Virus record (IMG/VR): IMGVR_UViG_3300031992_000018
Coordinates: 96,001 to 160,000 of that record
Strand: one strand, 5' to 3'
DNA: 64,000 nucleotides
DNA from: a virus
Lineage: Duplodnaviria; Caudoviricetes
Shown: one piece after another, positions 37,580 to 48,348 of the stretch
How the letters are laid out: every line of letters starts with the position of its first letter
How positions within the stretch are numbered: position 1 is the stretch's first letter
The notes under the pieces: model-generated
Seen by the model: the letters and a program-made list of their open reading frames with translations, nothing else
Told to the model about the DNA's origin: nothing
The model's database searches: none
Position numbers and translations under genes: made by a program

Positions 37580-38335
37580 ATGAATATACTTATAACAGGA
37601 AACAGAGGATTTATTGGTGGACATTTATCTAAATATTTAAAGGATAAAGGTCATAATATTATAGGTATAGATAGAAAAGATGGTAATGAAGTATTAGATA
37701 TTAATGAAGATACTTTAAAAGATATTGATATTATAATCCATTTAGCAGCACAAACATCAGTTTGGAATACTAATATTGAATTAATAGAAAATGATAATAT
37801 AAAATCTTTTATTCATATATTTAATTTATGTAAAAAACTTAATAAAAGATTTATATATGCAAGCAGTTCATGTTCGATAAATATAACATCGATGTATGGA
37901 TTAAGTAAATATTTTGATGATTTATATTTTGAAATTTATAAATGGGATAAATGTATTGGATTAAGATTTCATAATGTATATGGTAAAGATTCAAGAGAAG
38001 ATACATTATTAGGAATTTGTTTAAATAATTCAGAAATTACATTATATAATAATGGACTTAATTATAGACATTTTACTTATATAGATGATGTATGTAAAAG
38101 TATAGAAATGTCTTTTAATTTAAAATCTTGTATATATAATGTATTTAATCCTCAAGAAAATTCAGTATTAGAATTTGTCAATGAAGTTTTAAAATATAAA
38201 GATTTAAAAATTAATTTAATTGATTCTATAAGAGAACTTGATAAAGAAAAACAGCTTATAGATGATACTAAAATAAATTTAATAGAAAATAATTATAAAA
38301 ATATAAAAATAGGCATAAATGAGATATTTAGGTAA
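37580..38335 (+). CDS. NAD-dependent epimerase/dehydratase
   Basis: ITGNRGFIG, HLAA, YASS, YGLSK, LRFHNVYG, RHFTYIDDV. Confidence 0.9.
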   Translation: MNILITGNRGFIGGHLSKYLKDKGHNIIGIDRKDGNEVLDINEDTLKDIDIIIHLAAQTSVWNTNIELIENDNIKSFIHIFNLCKKLNKRFIYASSSCSINITSMYGLSKYFDDLYFEIYKWDKCIGLRFHNVYGKDSREDTLLGICLNNSEITLYNNGLNYRHFTYIDDVCKSIEMSFNLKSCIYNVFNPQENSVLEFVNEVLKYKDLKINLIDSIRELDKEKQLIDDTKINLIENNYKNIKIGINEIFR

Positions 38336-39242
38336 ATTTACTTCAGAAACTGAAATACAAAATGCATTAGATAATAATGAATTATTAAATCCTTATATTG
38401 CATTATATAATAATGCATTAAATATAGATATTAATACAAAAACACCACATGATTATTCTCAAGATTATTTAACATTTGTTATTTTATCTGGTTTAGGAGA
38501 GATTTCTCCACAATATGATGGAATTGAATTTTCTAAGGATAATGGAGAATCATGGCAAGATTGGACTATAAGTGGTGAACAAGGAGATAGAATTTTAGTA
38601 AGAGGAAATTTTAAAAATGGAAGTGCAACTAATGGATTTTTTAATATAGTAGATTCACATTTTTATGCAATTCCAGAAGATTTTACATATAATGTAGAAG
38701 GTAATATATTATCAATATATGATTCAGAAAATTTTAGAACATTAACTGAAATTGAAAATACTACTTTTGAAGGATTTTTTTTTAATTTAGATGGTTTAAT
38801 TTCAGCAAAAAATCTTATATTACCATTAACAACTTTAACACAAGATTGTTATAAATTAATGTTTAAAGGTTGTGTAAATCTTACTACTGCGCCTGAACTT
38901 CCTGCTACTGTATTATCAAATGATTGTTATTTAGAAATGTTTGATGGTTGTGTAAATTTAAATTATATTAAATGTCTTGCTTTAAATATATCTACTAGTA
39001 TTTATTTTGGTTTACAAGAATATAGTTCAGGTTCAGGTTCAGGTTCAGGTTCAGGTTCAGGTTCAGGTTCTGGTTCAGGTTCAGGTTCTGGTTCAGGTTC
39101 TGGATCAAGTTCTGAAACAGGTTCAATATCTAAAACATTTATTATAAATAATAATTTTGATGGTAATCCATATGACTTGTTTAATATACCATATTCATGG
39201 AATGTATATTATGAAAATGGTACACAATATATTAATGAATAA
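38319..39242 (+). CDS. Putative fibre or surface protein with LRR-like repeats and (SG)n tract
   Basis: CY..MF.GC..L.TAPELPAT repeats; (SG)13 tract. Confidence 0.65.
   Translation: MRYLGKFTSETEIQNALDNNELLNPYIALYNNALNIDINTKTPHDYSQDYLTFVILSGLGEISPQYDGIEFSKDNGESWQDWTISGEQGDRILVRGNFKNGSATNGFFNIVDSHFYAIPEDFTYNVEGNILSIYDSENFRTLTEIENTTFEGFFFNLDGLISAKNLILPLTTLTQDCYKLMFKGCVNLTTAPELPATVLSNDCYLEMFDGCVNLNYIKCLALNISTSIYFGLQEYSSGSGSGSGSGSGSGSGSGSGSGSGSGSSSETGSISKTFIINNNFDGNPYDLFNIPYSWNVYYENGTQYINE
39027..39106 (+). repeat. (TCAGGT/TCTGGT)n hexamer repeat encoding Ser-Gly
   Basis: Directly visible tandem hexamers. Confidence 0.95.
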
Positions 39243-39265
39243 AGAAATATAATAATAATATATAT

Positions 39266-41554
39266 ATGGGAAAACATTTAGCTAAATTTAATACTAAGAC
39301 AGAAATACAAAATGCTTTAAATAGTTTTACATTATTAAAACCTTATGTTGCGATATATAATAACAAAACTAATATTGATTATAATTCATTTAATATAAAG
39401 TATCGTAATTTTGATTTTGATTCTGTTATAAAAATAAATACAGAAAATGATACATCATATGCTATAACATTAACAAAACAAATAGTAAATAATATAGAAA
39501 CAACAAATACATGGATTAATATAACATTAACTGATGTATTAGATAATAGTACTGATAATTGGACTCATTATCCAACTATTATAACTATACCAGATTCTGG
39601 TTCTGGTTCTGGATCTGGATCTGGTTCTGATTCTGACTCTGGTTCTGATTCTGACTCTGGTTCTGGATCTGGTTCTGGTTCTGGTTCTGGCTCTGGTTCT
39701 AGTTCTAATTTTGAAAAGATATTAGAAGTTAATTCAATGCTTATAAAAAATAATGAATTATATTTAAGATTAACTAATAATTTATATTATAAAGATAGTG
39801 CTAAATTATGTGCTAATGCATTTAAAATTAATTTAGATACTCAATTAGTAACACCAGTTATAATTAATGATTATAATGATAACTATTATATTGATAGTAT
39901 TATATATTGTGAAACTGAGAATAATAATATAATAGCAAAATCATTAACATCTAATATAATTAATATATTAACTTCTAATACAAATGTAAGTGAAAAATAT
40001 ATACCAATAGAATCAACAATTATTGTTATTAATGATGAAGTAGCATATTATATAACAGATATTAAATTAAAGACTAATAATCTTTATTTACGATTAAATA
40101 ATATTATATATGATAATAATTGTAATATAGATTTTAACGCATTTTCATTATATTTAACACATGGTTTAATAGAAAAAATTATATCTACAAATGAAATAAG
40201 TAATATTAATTCAGTAATTATAAAATATGATTGTATTTATGAAAGACCTGAAAATGTATTTAATGTAATTATAGATGCTAATGATGAATCAAATGAAGAA
40301 GCAAATGAATTAAATGGATATTATTGTGTAGATATTTTAAATCCAGAATATGGTGATGATGGTTGTATATATACATCTAAATATCAACTAAATAATTATA
40401 TTAATGATAATATAACATATGTGGATAATGATAATATATCTATTAAACTTGCACAATATACATATAAATTATTAACTAGTGATGAGAATAATTATTATGT
40501 ACCATTTGTTCAATCAAATGAAAATGTACTTACATATACTAATGATAATAATTATGTTTTAACTGAAGTAACAGGAGAATTACAAACAATAATTTATGGT
40601 ATAAAAAATAATACATTATCACAAACAGAATTTAATGTTAATATATCAATATCTGATGACAATAATAATACATATAATATTGAAAAAATAGAATATGTTA
40701 GTGGAGATTGTGGTAAACTTATATTATATAAATATGTTAAGCCTGATATAGACTATGATTATTATAATCAGACTAATGGTTGGATAGATGGATATACATT
40801 AACTATTAACACTAACTCTGTATGGTCTTATTATGACGACAAAATAATTGGTTTATGTAAAATAGAAGAAGATAATAATGTACCAGACATTTTAGATAGT
40901 AAATATATAATGCAGCCATTAGCAAATAATACTGAATATCAAGGAATATATGTATTAAATACTACATTAGATGGATCTACAAATAATCCTTATGTTGTAG
41001 GAATAATTCCACAAATTAAAAATGTAAATACATCAAATAATATATCAATTGAAAATTTATCTATTTATAATGATGTTGTATATTATATAAAAGATGGAGT
41101 TGATGATTATGATTTATTTGGATCTAGATGTTATTATATGAAGAATAATAATATAACATATATTATATCTGAAAAATTATTATCAGAAAATTATTCTAAT
41201 GTTTATTTTACTATAAATTCATCAGGTGTAATATCAAATGAAGGAAATTTATTATGTACAATATCATCTAATGGAGATAATGCTTATGTAAAGTTCAGTG
41301 AATTATATGAAGCAGTACATAATCCAAAAACTTTAGTTGATATAGATAGTTCTGATGGTTTATATCAAGCTATATATAATGGAGGTCATTTATATATAAT
41401 TAGAAATCATACTACTACATCTGGTGTCGTACCAACTGGTGGTTATGTAGAAATAAGTACTGACTTTACATCATTACATGATATAACAAATTTAGATGTT
41501 AACTTTGAAACTATTGAAGAAGAAAATGAATTTATTACAAATTTAACATCATAA
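39266..41554 (+). CDS. Putative fibre or surface protein with SG/SD repeat tract
   Basis: N-terminus shared with 38319 (KF...TEIQNAL....LL.PY.A.YNN..NID.N); [10 protein letters not shown] tract. Confidence 0.6.
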   Translation: MGKHLAKFNTKTEIQNALNSFTLLKPYVAIYNNKTNIDYNSFNIKYRNFDFDSVIKINTENDTSYAITLTKQIVNNIETTNTWINITLTDVLDNSTDNWTHYPTIITIPDSGSGSGSGSGSDSDSGSDSDSGSGSGSGSGSGSGSSSNFEKILEVNSMLIKNNELYLRLTNNLYYKDSAKLCANAFKINLDTQLVTPVIINDYNDNYYIDSIIYCETENNNIIAKSLTSNIINILTSNTNVSEKYIPIESTIIVINDEVAYYITDIKLKTNNLYLRLNNIIYDNNCNIDFNAFSLYLTHGLIEKIISTNEISNINSVIIKYDCIYERPENVFNVIIDANDESNEEANELNGYYCVDILNPEYGDDGCIYTSKYQLNNYINDNITYVDNDNISIKLAQYTYKLLTSDENNYYVPFVQSNENVLTYTNDNNYVLTEVTGELQTIIYGIKNNTLSQTEFNVNISISDDNNNTYNIEKIEYVSGDCGKLILYKYVKPDIDYDYYNQTNGWIDGYTLTINTNSVWSYYDDKIIGLCKIEEDNNVPDILDSKYIMQPLANNTEYQGIYVLNTTLDGSTNNPYVVGIIPQIKNVNTSNNISIENLSIYNDVVYYIKDGVDDYDLFGSRCYYMKNNNITYIISEKLLSENYSNVYFTINSSGVISNEGNLLCTISSNGDNAYVKFSELYEAVHNPKTLVDIDSSDGLYQAIYNGGHLYIIRNHTTTSGVVPTGGYVEISTDFTSLHDITNLDVNFETIEEENEFITNLTS
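39596..39706 (+). repeat. Hexamer repeat encoding Ser-Gly/Ser-Asp
   Basis: Directly visible tandem hexamers. Confidence 0.95.
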
Positions 41555-41557
41555 TAT

Positions 41558-42478
41558 ATGAAATGTTGTATAATTGCCATAGCAAAAAAAGAAAATAAGT
41601 ATATTCAAGAATGGGTTAATTATCATCTTAATTTAGGATTTGATAATATAATAATTTGTGATAATAATGATACAGGTGATGAAAAAATATCAGATGTAAT
41701 TAATGATGATAAGGTAATTATTTTAAATTATTTTAACTTTAAAAATATACAACCAACTGCATATACAAAATGTTTTTTAAAATATAAAGATACATATGAT
41801 TGGCTGGCATTTATAGATATAGATGAATTTATTATATTAGATAAAAAATACGATAATAATATAAAGAATTTTTTATCAGATAATATATTTAAAAATGCAG
41901 ATATTATAAGATTATGTTATAAGTTTTTTACTGGTGGAAATAAGTTAGATGTTGAAAATAATGACTATTCTTTAATGAGTAGATTTACTGAAGAATTTGA
42001 TACTATAGAAAATACATGGGGTAAATCAATTATTAAAAACACAATTAAATATATTCCTAATACTAGATTTTATGGGCACGGGTATGCAACTAATAAAAAT
42101 AATGTAGCTTATTCGGCTGATGGAAATATATGTAAAAATGATTGGATTATTGTAAGTGAAGAACCTATATATGTTAATGCTTGGATAAATCATTATCCAA
42201 CAAAAACAATTGGAGAATATGTAAGACAAAAATATTTTCGTGGTGGTCCAAATAATAACAACAATAAATATAAATCATTAAATTATTTTTTCAGATATAA
42301 TAAAAAAACAGATAAATTATTTAAATATGGTATTAAATTAATTAATTCATATAAACAAGAAATAGAGAAGAAAAAAATCAAAACTAATAAACAAGAAATA
42401 GAGAAGAAAAAAATCAAAACTAAAATTAATACTTTAGTTATTTCTAATAATTTATTAATAAGTAAAGAGATTGATTAA
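41558..42478 (+). CDS. Glycosyltransferase (GT2-like/GT92, DUF23 type)
   Basis: E..YI.EWV.YHL.LGFD.I.I.DN, WLAFIDIDEF, KSII, NHY.TK. Confidence 0.85.
   Translation: MKCCIIAIAKKENKYIQEWVNYHLNLGFDNIIICDNNDTGDEKISDVINDDKVIILNYFNFKNIQPTAYTKCFLKYKDTYDWLAFIDIDEFIILDKKYDNNIKNFLSDNIFKNADIIRLCYKFFTGGNKLDVENNDYSLMSRFTEEFDTIENTWGKSIIKNTIKYIPNTRFYGHGYATNKNNVAYSADGNICKNDWIIVSEEPIYVNAWINHYPTKTIGEYVRQKYFRGGPNNNNNKYKSLNYFFRYNKKTDKLFKYGIKLINSYKQEIEKKKIKTNKQEIEKKKIKTKINTLVISNNLLISKEID
42351..42422 (+). repeat. 36-bp perfect tandem duplication (KQEIEKKKIKT x2)
   Basis: 42351-42386 equals 42387-42422. Confidence 0.9.
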
Positions 42479-42532
42479 TTCAATCTCTTTTTTCTATATT
42501 AATATATATATATAATTTTTACTTTTATAAAT

Positions 42533-43171
42533 ATGATAAATAAAGAATTTATAAATAATTATTTAAATAATAATGAAATTACAAAATTACAATTAGGTTG
42601 TGGTATATTTACAATTAATAATTGGTTAAATACTGATAAAGATACATATAAAATAAATAATAATATAATATATTTAGATGTAACTAAACAATTTGAATTA
42701 CCTGATAATTCATTTAATTATATATATTCTGAACATCTTTTTGAGCATTTAACATATTTTGAAGGTTTAAATATGCTAAAAGAATGTTATAGAATTTTAA
42801 AGCCTGGTGGAATAATTAGAATAGCTACACCAAATTTAGAATTTCTTATTGATTTATATTTTCATCCAGAGAAGGAGATAAATAAATTATATATAGAATT
42901 TGATGGTAAAAGAACAAATCAACCTAATGATGCAATATATGCTATAAGTCATTTTCATACTGATTGGGGTCATAAAATTATATATGATTATAAATCATTA
43001 AAAACTTTTTTAGAAAATGTTGGTTTTAAAAACATTATACAATGTGAAGTTAGTAAAAGCTCACATCCAGAATTAAATGACATTGAGCAACACCCAAAAC
43101 ATTTCAAAAGAATGGAAGTTAAATATGATTTTAATTCTTTACAAACAATGGTTTTAGAGGCTGAAAAATAA
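42533..43171 (+). CDS. Class I SAM-dependent methyltransferase
   Basis: LQLGCG, IYSEHLFEHL, ECYRILKPGG..RIATP. Confidence 0.88.
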   Translation: MINKEFINNYLNNNEITKLQLGCGIFTINNWLNTDKDTYKINNNIIYLDVTKQFELPDNSFNYIYSEHLFEHLTYFEGLNMLKECYRILKPGGIIRIATPNLEFLIDLYFHPEKEINKLYIEFDGKRTNQPNDAIYAISHFHTDWGHKIIYDYKSLKTFLENVGFKNIIQCEVSKSSHPELNDIEQHPKHFKRMEVKYDFNSLQTMVLEAEK

Positions 43172-43234
43172 ATCTCATTGAATAAAATCAATGAGGTTTT
43201 CTATTTTATAATAGTAATAGTAAATAGTTTAATT

Positions 43235-44068
43235 ATGAGTACAGGTTTAGGAAAAACAACACCAGCTAAGAAAGAAAAAATTACAAAGATTTCTGATTTT
43301 GAAGAAACATGTATGTGGATGAGTTATCGATATGCAATAGGTAGACATACTATTGCTTCATCTATGCATGCTAATGATATTGCAACTCATTTTTTCTATC
43401 GTCTTTCAAATGATAGAAAGGAATTTACTGCATTTGATATAGCAAGAGAAATTGATAATATACTTAGATGGCAATTTAATTTATTTATTGAATATCCTAA
43501 TAAAAATATAAATTATAGACCTTATGAAATTCTTATGGATTTCATTAAGAAATATAATATTAAAGATTTAGATGAATTCAATAAGTTTGATAGAATTGAT
43601 TATGATTGTTCAACAAAAGAATTTAAAGTAAGATATGTTTCTTCTTATATTGACTCTTATCATTCATCTCCAATAGGTGATGAACAAAAAGAGATATATG
43701 ATAAGAAAAGAAATTATAATACAATGGATCTTGAAGATTTACTTCATTGGCAAATGCTTTCTGCTTGTTTTGATGTTAAAAGACTTAAAGTAGTTAAGAC
43801 ATTATATGAAGGAAAAGAAGAAGAACATATTTGTTTTAAATCTTATTTCTTACAATATGGTCATACAACTGAAATTAGTAAAATTAATGGTGAACCTTAT
43901 GAAGTAAATGACCTACATAATATTTGGTGGGATGAACACTGGATTCCTCTAGATAGATATTTAAGCGGTATTGAAGATGGCTATATTGCAGATGAATATA
44001 TTACAGATGTAAGAGATATTACCGATGAAGAATGTAGACAATTTGAAGGATTTAATAAAGGAAAATAA
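43235..44068 (+). CDS. Hypothetical protein
   Basis: Likely start 43235; SYRYAIGR motif. Confidence 0.65.
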   Translation: MSTGLGKTTPAKKEKITKISDFEETCMWMSYRYAIGRHTIASSMHANDIATHFFYRLSNDRKEFTAFDIAREIDNILRWQFNLFIEYPNKNINYRPYEILMDFIKKYNIKDLDEFNKFDRIDYDCSTKEFKVRYVSSYIDSYHSSPIGDEQKEIYDKKRNYNTMDLEDLLHWQMLSACFDVKRLKVVKTLYEGKEEEHICFKSYFLQYGHTTEISKINGEPYEVNDLHNIWWDEHWIPLDRYLSGIEDGYIADEYITDVRDITDEECRQFEGFNKGK

Positions 44069-44259
44069 ATTACCTTTAATTAATGGTTTTGATGGAACAA
44101 CAAGTAAAATAACTGATGATAAATGGCTAATTTGTATACATCAATTTGAACATTGTAAATACCAAGCTTCTGTTGGAGATGGAGCATGTTTAATATGTAC
44201 AAATTATCCAGAATGTTTAAAAGAAGGATGTTTTATTGAAGAAAAATAATAAAATAATT

Positions 44260-44544
44260 ATGATTAGATTAGTTGAATTTGATAATATAAATTTTCTTAA
44301 AGATAATCCTAGTTACATTAAAAGGGTTTATGAACACAGATATAAAGATACCAATTATGCAATTATTCAAGAAGGTAAAAATACTTGGGTAATATATATA
44401 ATTGATGATAACCTTGGTGTATTTGAATTATTTGAAGGATATTGGACTAAAAAGAAAGCTATTGAAGAAATAGAGAGTGGAAATCTTAAAAGAAAGCTTT
44501 TTGAACAAAAAATTTTATATGATAAAATAGTTGAAGTATTATGA
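44260..44544 (+). CDS. Hypothetical protein
   Basis: ORF in operon overlapping the mgsA start. Confidence 0.5.
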   Translation: MIRLVEFDNINFLKDNPSYIKRVYEHRYKDTNYAIIQEGKNTWVIYIIDDNLGVFELFEGYWTKKKAIEEIESGNLKRKLFEQKILYDKIVEVL

Positions 44545-45044
44545 ATATAGCATTAGTTGCCCATGATGGGCGTAAAAAAGAGTTAATGGAATGGGTAAAG
44601 TATAACTGGGAAACCCTTTCACAACATAATTTATTTGCAACAGGTACAACTGGAAAACTTGTTATACAGACTCTTACTGAATCACATTTAGATATGATTG
44701 GACTTGGTAATTATCCTGATTTTTATCCAAGTAAATTACATGATACATATTCAAATAAGGTAACTTGTTTATTAAGTGGTCCTCTTGGTGGTGATCAGCA
44801 AATTGGAGCAATGATAGCAGAAGGAAAAATTGATGTACTTATTTTCTTCTGTGATAATCTTATTATGCAAGGCCATCAAAATGATGTATCAGCACTTACA
44901 AGACTTGCATCTTTGTATAATATTGCATTTGCAACAAATCGTACAACTGCAGATATGATATTAACATCACCATTATTTAAAGATCCTAATTATAAAAGAA
45001 TTCTTCCACAAGCAATCGAAAATTATAAAAATAGAAGTATATAA
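44541..45044 (+). CDS. mgsA: Methylglyoxal synthase
   Basis: IALVAHD.RK, ATGTTG, SGPLGGDQQIGA, GH..DVSAL.RLA, ATN..TAD. Confidence 0.93.
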   Translation: MNIALVAHDGRKKELMEWVKYNWETLSQHNLFATGTTGKLVIQTLTESHLDMIGLGNYPDFYPSKLHDTYSNKVTCLLSGPLGGDQQIGAMIAEGKIDVLIFFCDNLIMQGHQNDVSALTRLASLYNIAFATNRTTADMILTSPLFKDPNYKRILPQAIENYKNRSI

Positions 45045-45046
45045 TT

Positions 45047-45451
45047 ATGTATGGAGAAAAACCAAACTATAATAGAAGGAAAATAAAAGAAAACTTATAT
45101 AAATTAAAGTTTAGATTAGGTGAAGAATATGATGAAATAGACTTTACTGAAATAATTAATTGGTGTTCTAAGGTTATTGCTAAGTCAAAAGATTTAAATA
45201 AGAAACTTATAATTGATATTTGCTGTGAAGATGAAGATAGTGGAGGATGCGATTATCGTAAAGATGTTATTATGTTAATTCCTTTTTATGAAAGAGAAGA
45301 AACTGATACAGAATATAATAAACGTATTGCTGAAGAAGAAAAAGAATATAATGAGTATCTTCAAGTAAAGAAATTAGAAAGAGAGCAAAATGCAGAATAT
45401 TTAAAAGACTTAGAAGAATACCGTAGAATAAAGAATAAATATCATTTTTAA
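45047..45451 (+). CDS. Hypothetical protein
   Basis: ORF in operon. Confidence 0.55.
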   Translation: MYGEKPNYNRRKIKENLYKLKFRLGEEYDEIDFTEIINWCSKVIAKSKDLNKKLIIDICCEDEDSGGCDYRKDVIMLIPFYEREETDTEYNKRIAEEEKEYNEYLQVKKLEREQNAEYLKDLEEYRRIKNKYHF

Positions 45452-45454
45452 AAT

Positions 45455-46423
45455 ATGAAAATATTAGTAACTGGAGCAAATGGACAATTAGGTAGATGTA
45501 TTTATGATATTATGCATGAAACATTTACTTACAAAAATAATGAATATATTTTTGCTTCTCATTCAGAATTTGATATTACTGATATCGGAAGTATGGAAAA
45601 ATATTTTTTCTATAATCCGGATATAAAATGTATTATCAATTGTGCTGCATATACTAATGTAGATGGTGCTGAAAAAGATCAATATACAGCATTTTATGTA
45701 AATTCAAGAGGTGTACAAAATCTTGTACAACTTTGTGAAAAATATGATATAATGTTATTCCATATTTCTACTGATTATGTATATAAAGACTATCAATCAT
45801 TAGATAGTTTATGTAGTGAAGATTCAGAAATTGAACCAATTAATATCTATGGACAATCAAAAAGAGATGGAGAATTACATATAATTAATTCTAATTTAAA
45901 GAATTGGTATATTTTTAGAACATCTTGGTTATATTCTGAATATCCTGGAAATTTCTTTACAAAGATTTTAGAAAAAGCAAAAAATAGTTATTCATTAGGT
46001 GTTGTTACAGATGAAGTTGGATGTCCTACTTATGCAAAAGATTTAGCATCAATGTTAATATGCATTATAGAACATGAATATTATAAAACAATATTAGAAA
46101 GTGGTATTTATAATTATAGTGGTCTTGGTTTTACTTCAAGATATGATTTTGCTTCTTCAATAATTGCAGCTGGATATAATATTAAAGTTAATGATAAAAA
46201 AATTGGAATTCATATACCAATCTATCCTATAAAACAAAAAGATTTAAATTTACCAGCTAAAAGATCACAATTTGTTGTTTTAAATAATCAAAAAATTTCA
46301 AAAATACCTGTTTTTAGAGATAATTGGATATTTGATTTACAATCATGTATAAATAATTATGAAAAGAAATTAAATAAAGAAAATAATGATTATAGAATAA
46401 TGTATGGAAAAGACTTATATTGA
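45455..46423 (+). CDS. rfbD: dTDP-4-dehydrorhamnose reductase
   Basis: LVTGANGQLG, INCAAYTNVD.AE, HISTDYV, YGQSK..GE, RTSWLY, G.PT. Confidence 0.92.
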   Translation: MKILVTGANGQLGRCIYDIMHETFTYKNNEYIFASHSEFDITDIGSMEKYFFYNPDIKCIINCAAYTNVDGAEKDQYTAFYVNSRGVQNLVQLCEKYDIMLFHISTDYVYKDYQSLDSLCSEDSEIEPINIYGQSKRDGELHIINSNLKNWYIFRTSWLYSEYPGNFFTKILEKAKNSYSLGVVTDEVGCPTYAKDLASMLICIIEHEYYKTILESGIYNYSGLGFTSRYDFASSIIAAGYNIKVNDKKIGIHIPIYPIKQKDLNLPAKRSQFVVLNNQKISKIPVFRDNWIFDLQSCINNYEKKLNKENNDYRIMYGKDLY

Positions 46424-46979
46424 ACCATTTAGAATTACAAATGAAGTATTTAATGATGTAAGAGGTGGATTTTCTCCATTTAATTTTGCTAAAGATTTTA
46501 GTGATTTTAATATATATCAATTAAATACAGTTACTACAAAAGAACCATATACATTTAGAGGTATGCATTGGCAAGAGCCTCCTTATGCACAGGGTAAACT
46601 TATTCGTTGTACACTTGGAAAGATAATTGATTTTGCTGTAGATATTAGATGTGGAAGTCCTAATTTTGGTAAAAGTTATGGTTTTGTACTTTCAAATCCA
46701 CAAGAATGGGTATTTATTCCAAGATGTTTTGCTCATGGTTATTTAACTCTTCCTCATAATCTTGGAAATACTTATCCAACAACTGTTGAGTATCTTGTTG
46801 ATAATCATTATAATCCTCAAAGTGAAAGAGGAATGTTTATGACTAAAGAGATTAATGATTGTATAAATGCAGAACTTCCAAATGGTATAACAAATATAAT
46901 TTTTAATGAACGTGACCTTAATTGGCCTACAATAAGTGAAATAGAAACAAATTTTAGATATGAACCAGAAGAACAATAA
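46404..46979 (+). CDS. rfbC: dTDP-4-dehydrorhamnose 3,5-epimerase
   Basis: F.D.RG.F, RGMHWQ.PP.AQGKL, AVDIR.GSPNFG, FAHG. Confidence 0.92.
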   Translation: MEKTYIEPFRITNEVFNDVRGGFSPFNFAKDFSDFNIYQLNTVTTKEPYTFRGMHWQEPPYAQGKLIRCTLGKIIDFAVDIRCGSPNFGKSYGFVLSNPQEWVFIPRCFAHGYLTLPHNLGNTYPTTVEYLVDNHYNPQSERGMFMTKEINDCINAELPNGITNIIFNERDLNWPTISEIETNFRYEPEEQ

Positions 46980-47307
46980 TAATGAAGAAAATATTTTAGA
47001 TGTTGATAAATTATATAATATAGCATCTAGATTAAAAGAAGCACAAAGTAATAGAATAAGTGCAAAAAATATACTTGCAAAGAATCCAAGTTCTACAATT
47101 AATAAAAGATATATTGATGCTAAAGAAGAATATGGAAAAGCTTTAAATGATTTTAATAACTTTGTTAATAATTATATTGAAATTAATCCTGATGGTATTA
47201 ATCAAATAATATTTAATAAAGATGTAAATGATGAAACTGTTATTAGAATAATTAAAAAGGTTAAAGAAGAATTAGAAAAAATAGTTAAAAAAGAATTAGA
47301 AAAATAA
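46960..47307 (+). CDS. Hypothetical protein
   Basis: ORF ending at the convergent terminator 47306-47336. Confidence 0.55.
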   Translation: MNQKNNNNEENILDVDKLYNIASRLKEAQSNRISAKNILAKNPSSTINKRYIDAKEEYGKALNDFNNFVNNYIEINPDGINQIIFNKDVNDETVIRIIKKVKEELEKIVKKELEK

Positions 47308-47317
47308 AAGGAGAGAA

Positions 47318-47734
47318 TTAATTCTCTCCTTTTTTGTCATTTTCTTGTCCCATTGGTGGAGTATCTACTTCTGTATTAGGAATGCCATTTAATGCATGTT
47401 GATAATCATAAGATACTTTATTAAATAAGTTAAAGTTTGTAATAAAATGTTCAATTATCTTAGTAAATAAATAAATATAATCTACACTAATTGCTTCATC
47501 TCTTTTTACATCTTCATCAAAGAAATCTACAAACTTTTTAATTTTAAACTTAGGATTTTCTGCTAAAAATTTTTCAACATCATCTTTTTGAACAAGTTTT
47601 CTTTGTCCACATATAGTTATAAAATTTAACATTGGTTTTAAATATTCTTTATCATTTTTAAACCATACATCAAATTTATAAGCGAAATTATCTACATCAA
47701 GACATTCTTTTATATATTCTTTAATATTCTTCAT
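47318..47734 (-). CDS. Putative head-internal protein
   Basis: MKNIKEYIKE leader. Confidence 0.65.
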   Translation of the reverse strand: MKNIKEYIKECLDVDNFAYKFDVWFKNDKEYLKPMLNFITICGQRKLVQKDDVEKFLAENPKFKIKKFVDFFDEDVKRDEAISVDYIYLFTKIIEHFITNFNLFNKVSYDYQHALNGIPNTEVDTPPMGQENDKKGEN

Positions 47735-47736
47735 AA

Positions 47737-48348
47737 TTAAATACTATAATATCCTTTTAAATTTTCTACAGATTTTATTGTAATTTCATTACTCTTTAAT
47801 TGAGATATTAAACGTTTATCTTTTATTAAGATATCACTGTTTATTTCTTTTAATGCAGATACAATATCACCATAATTAATAACATATTTATAAACAGTTA
47901 AATCTTCAAATAAAAATACTACAGGAACATCTTTTGCATTTTCATCAGTATATGTAATACCAATCAATGTACAAGATTCTGTTAATTCATCAGTTTTAAA
48001 TACTGATGTCAACCATGTATATTTATCATTTATTTCTCCATGTTCAGGATGAGTTTTTAGATCTTCTTTTACTTTATAAAAACCAACCTTTTGATTATCA
48101 TCATTTTGAGAATTAGATATAATCTTTTTTAAGATTTTTGTATTTTCAACAGGTTTAATAATTACATTATCAGAAGTAAACTTATTTATATACTTAACTT
48201 TTTCTTTTTCATTATAATCAGAAGAAGTTGCATCATATTCCTTCTTATTTGATTTACCTGTTAACCATTCCCAAAAACCTTTAAACCAATCACTTATAAC
48301 TCCTTCTTCAACTAATTGTTCTTGAATGTATTCATTTAAATGTTTCAT
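47737..48348 (-). CDS. Putative head-internal protein
   Basis: MKHLNEYIQE leader; VEE-GVISDWFKGFW. Confidence 0.65.
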   Translation of the reverse strand: MKHLNEYIQEQLVEEGVISDWFKGFWEWLTGKSNKKEYDATSSDYNEKEKVKYINKFTSDNVIIKPVENTKILKKIISNSQNDDNQKVGFYKVKEDLKTHPEHGEINDKYTWLTSVFKTDELTESCTLIGITYTDENAKDVPVVFLFEDLTVYKYVINYGDIVSALKEINSDILIKDKRLISQLKSNEITIKSVENLKGYYSI

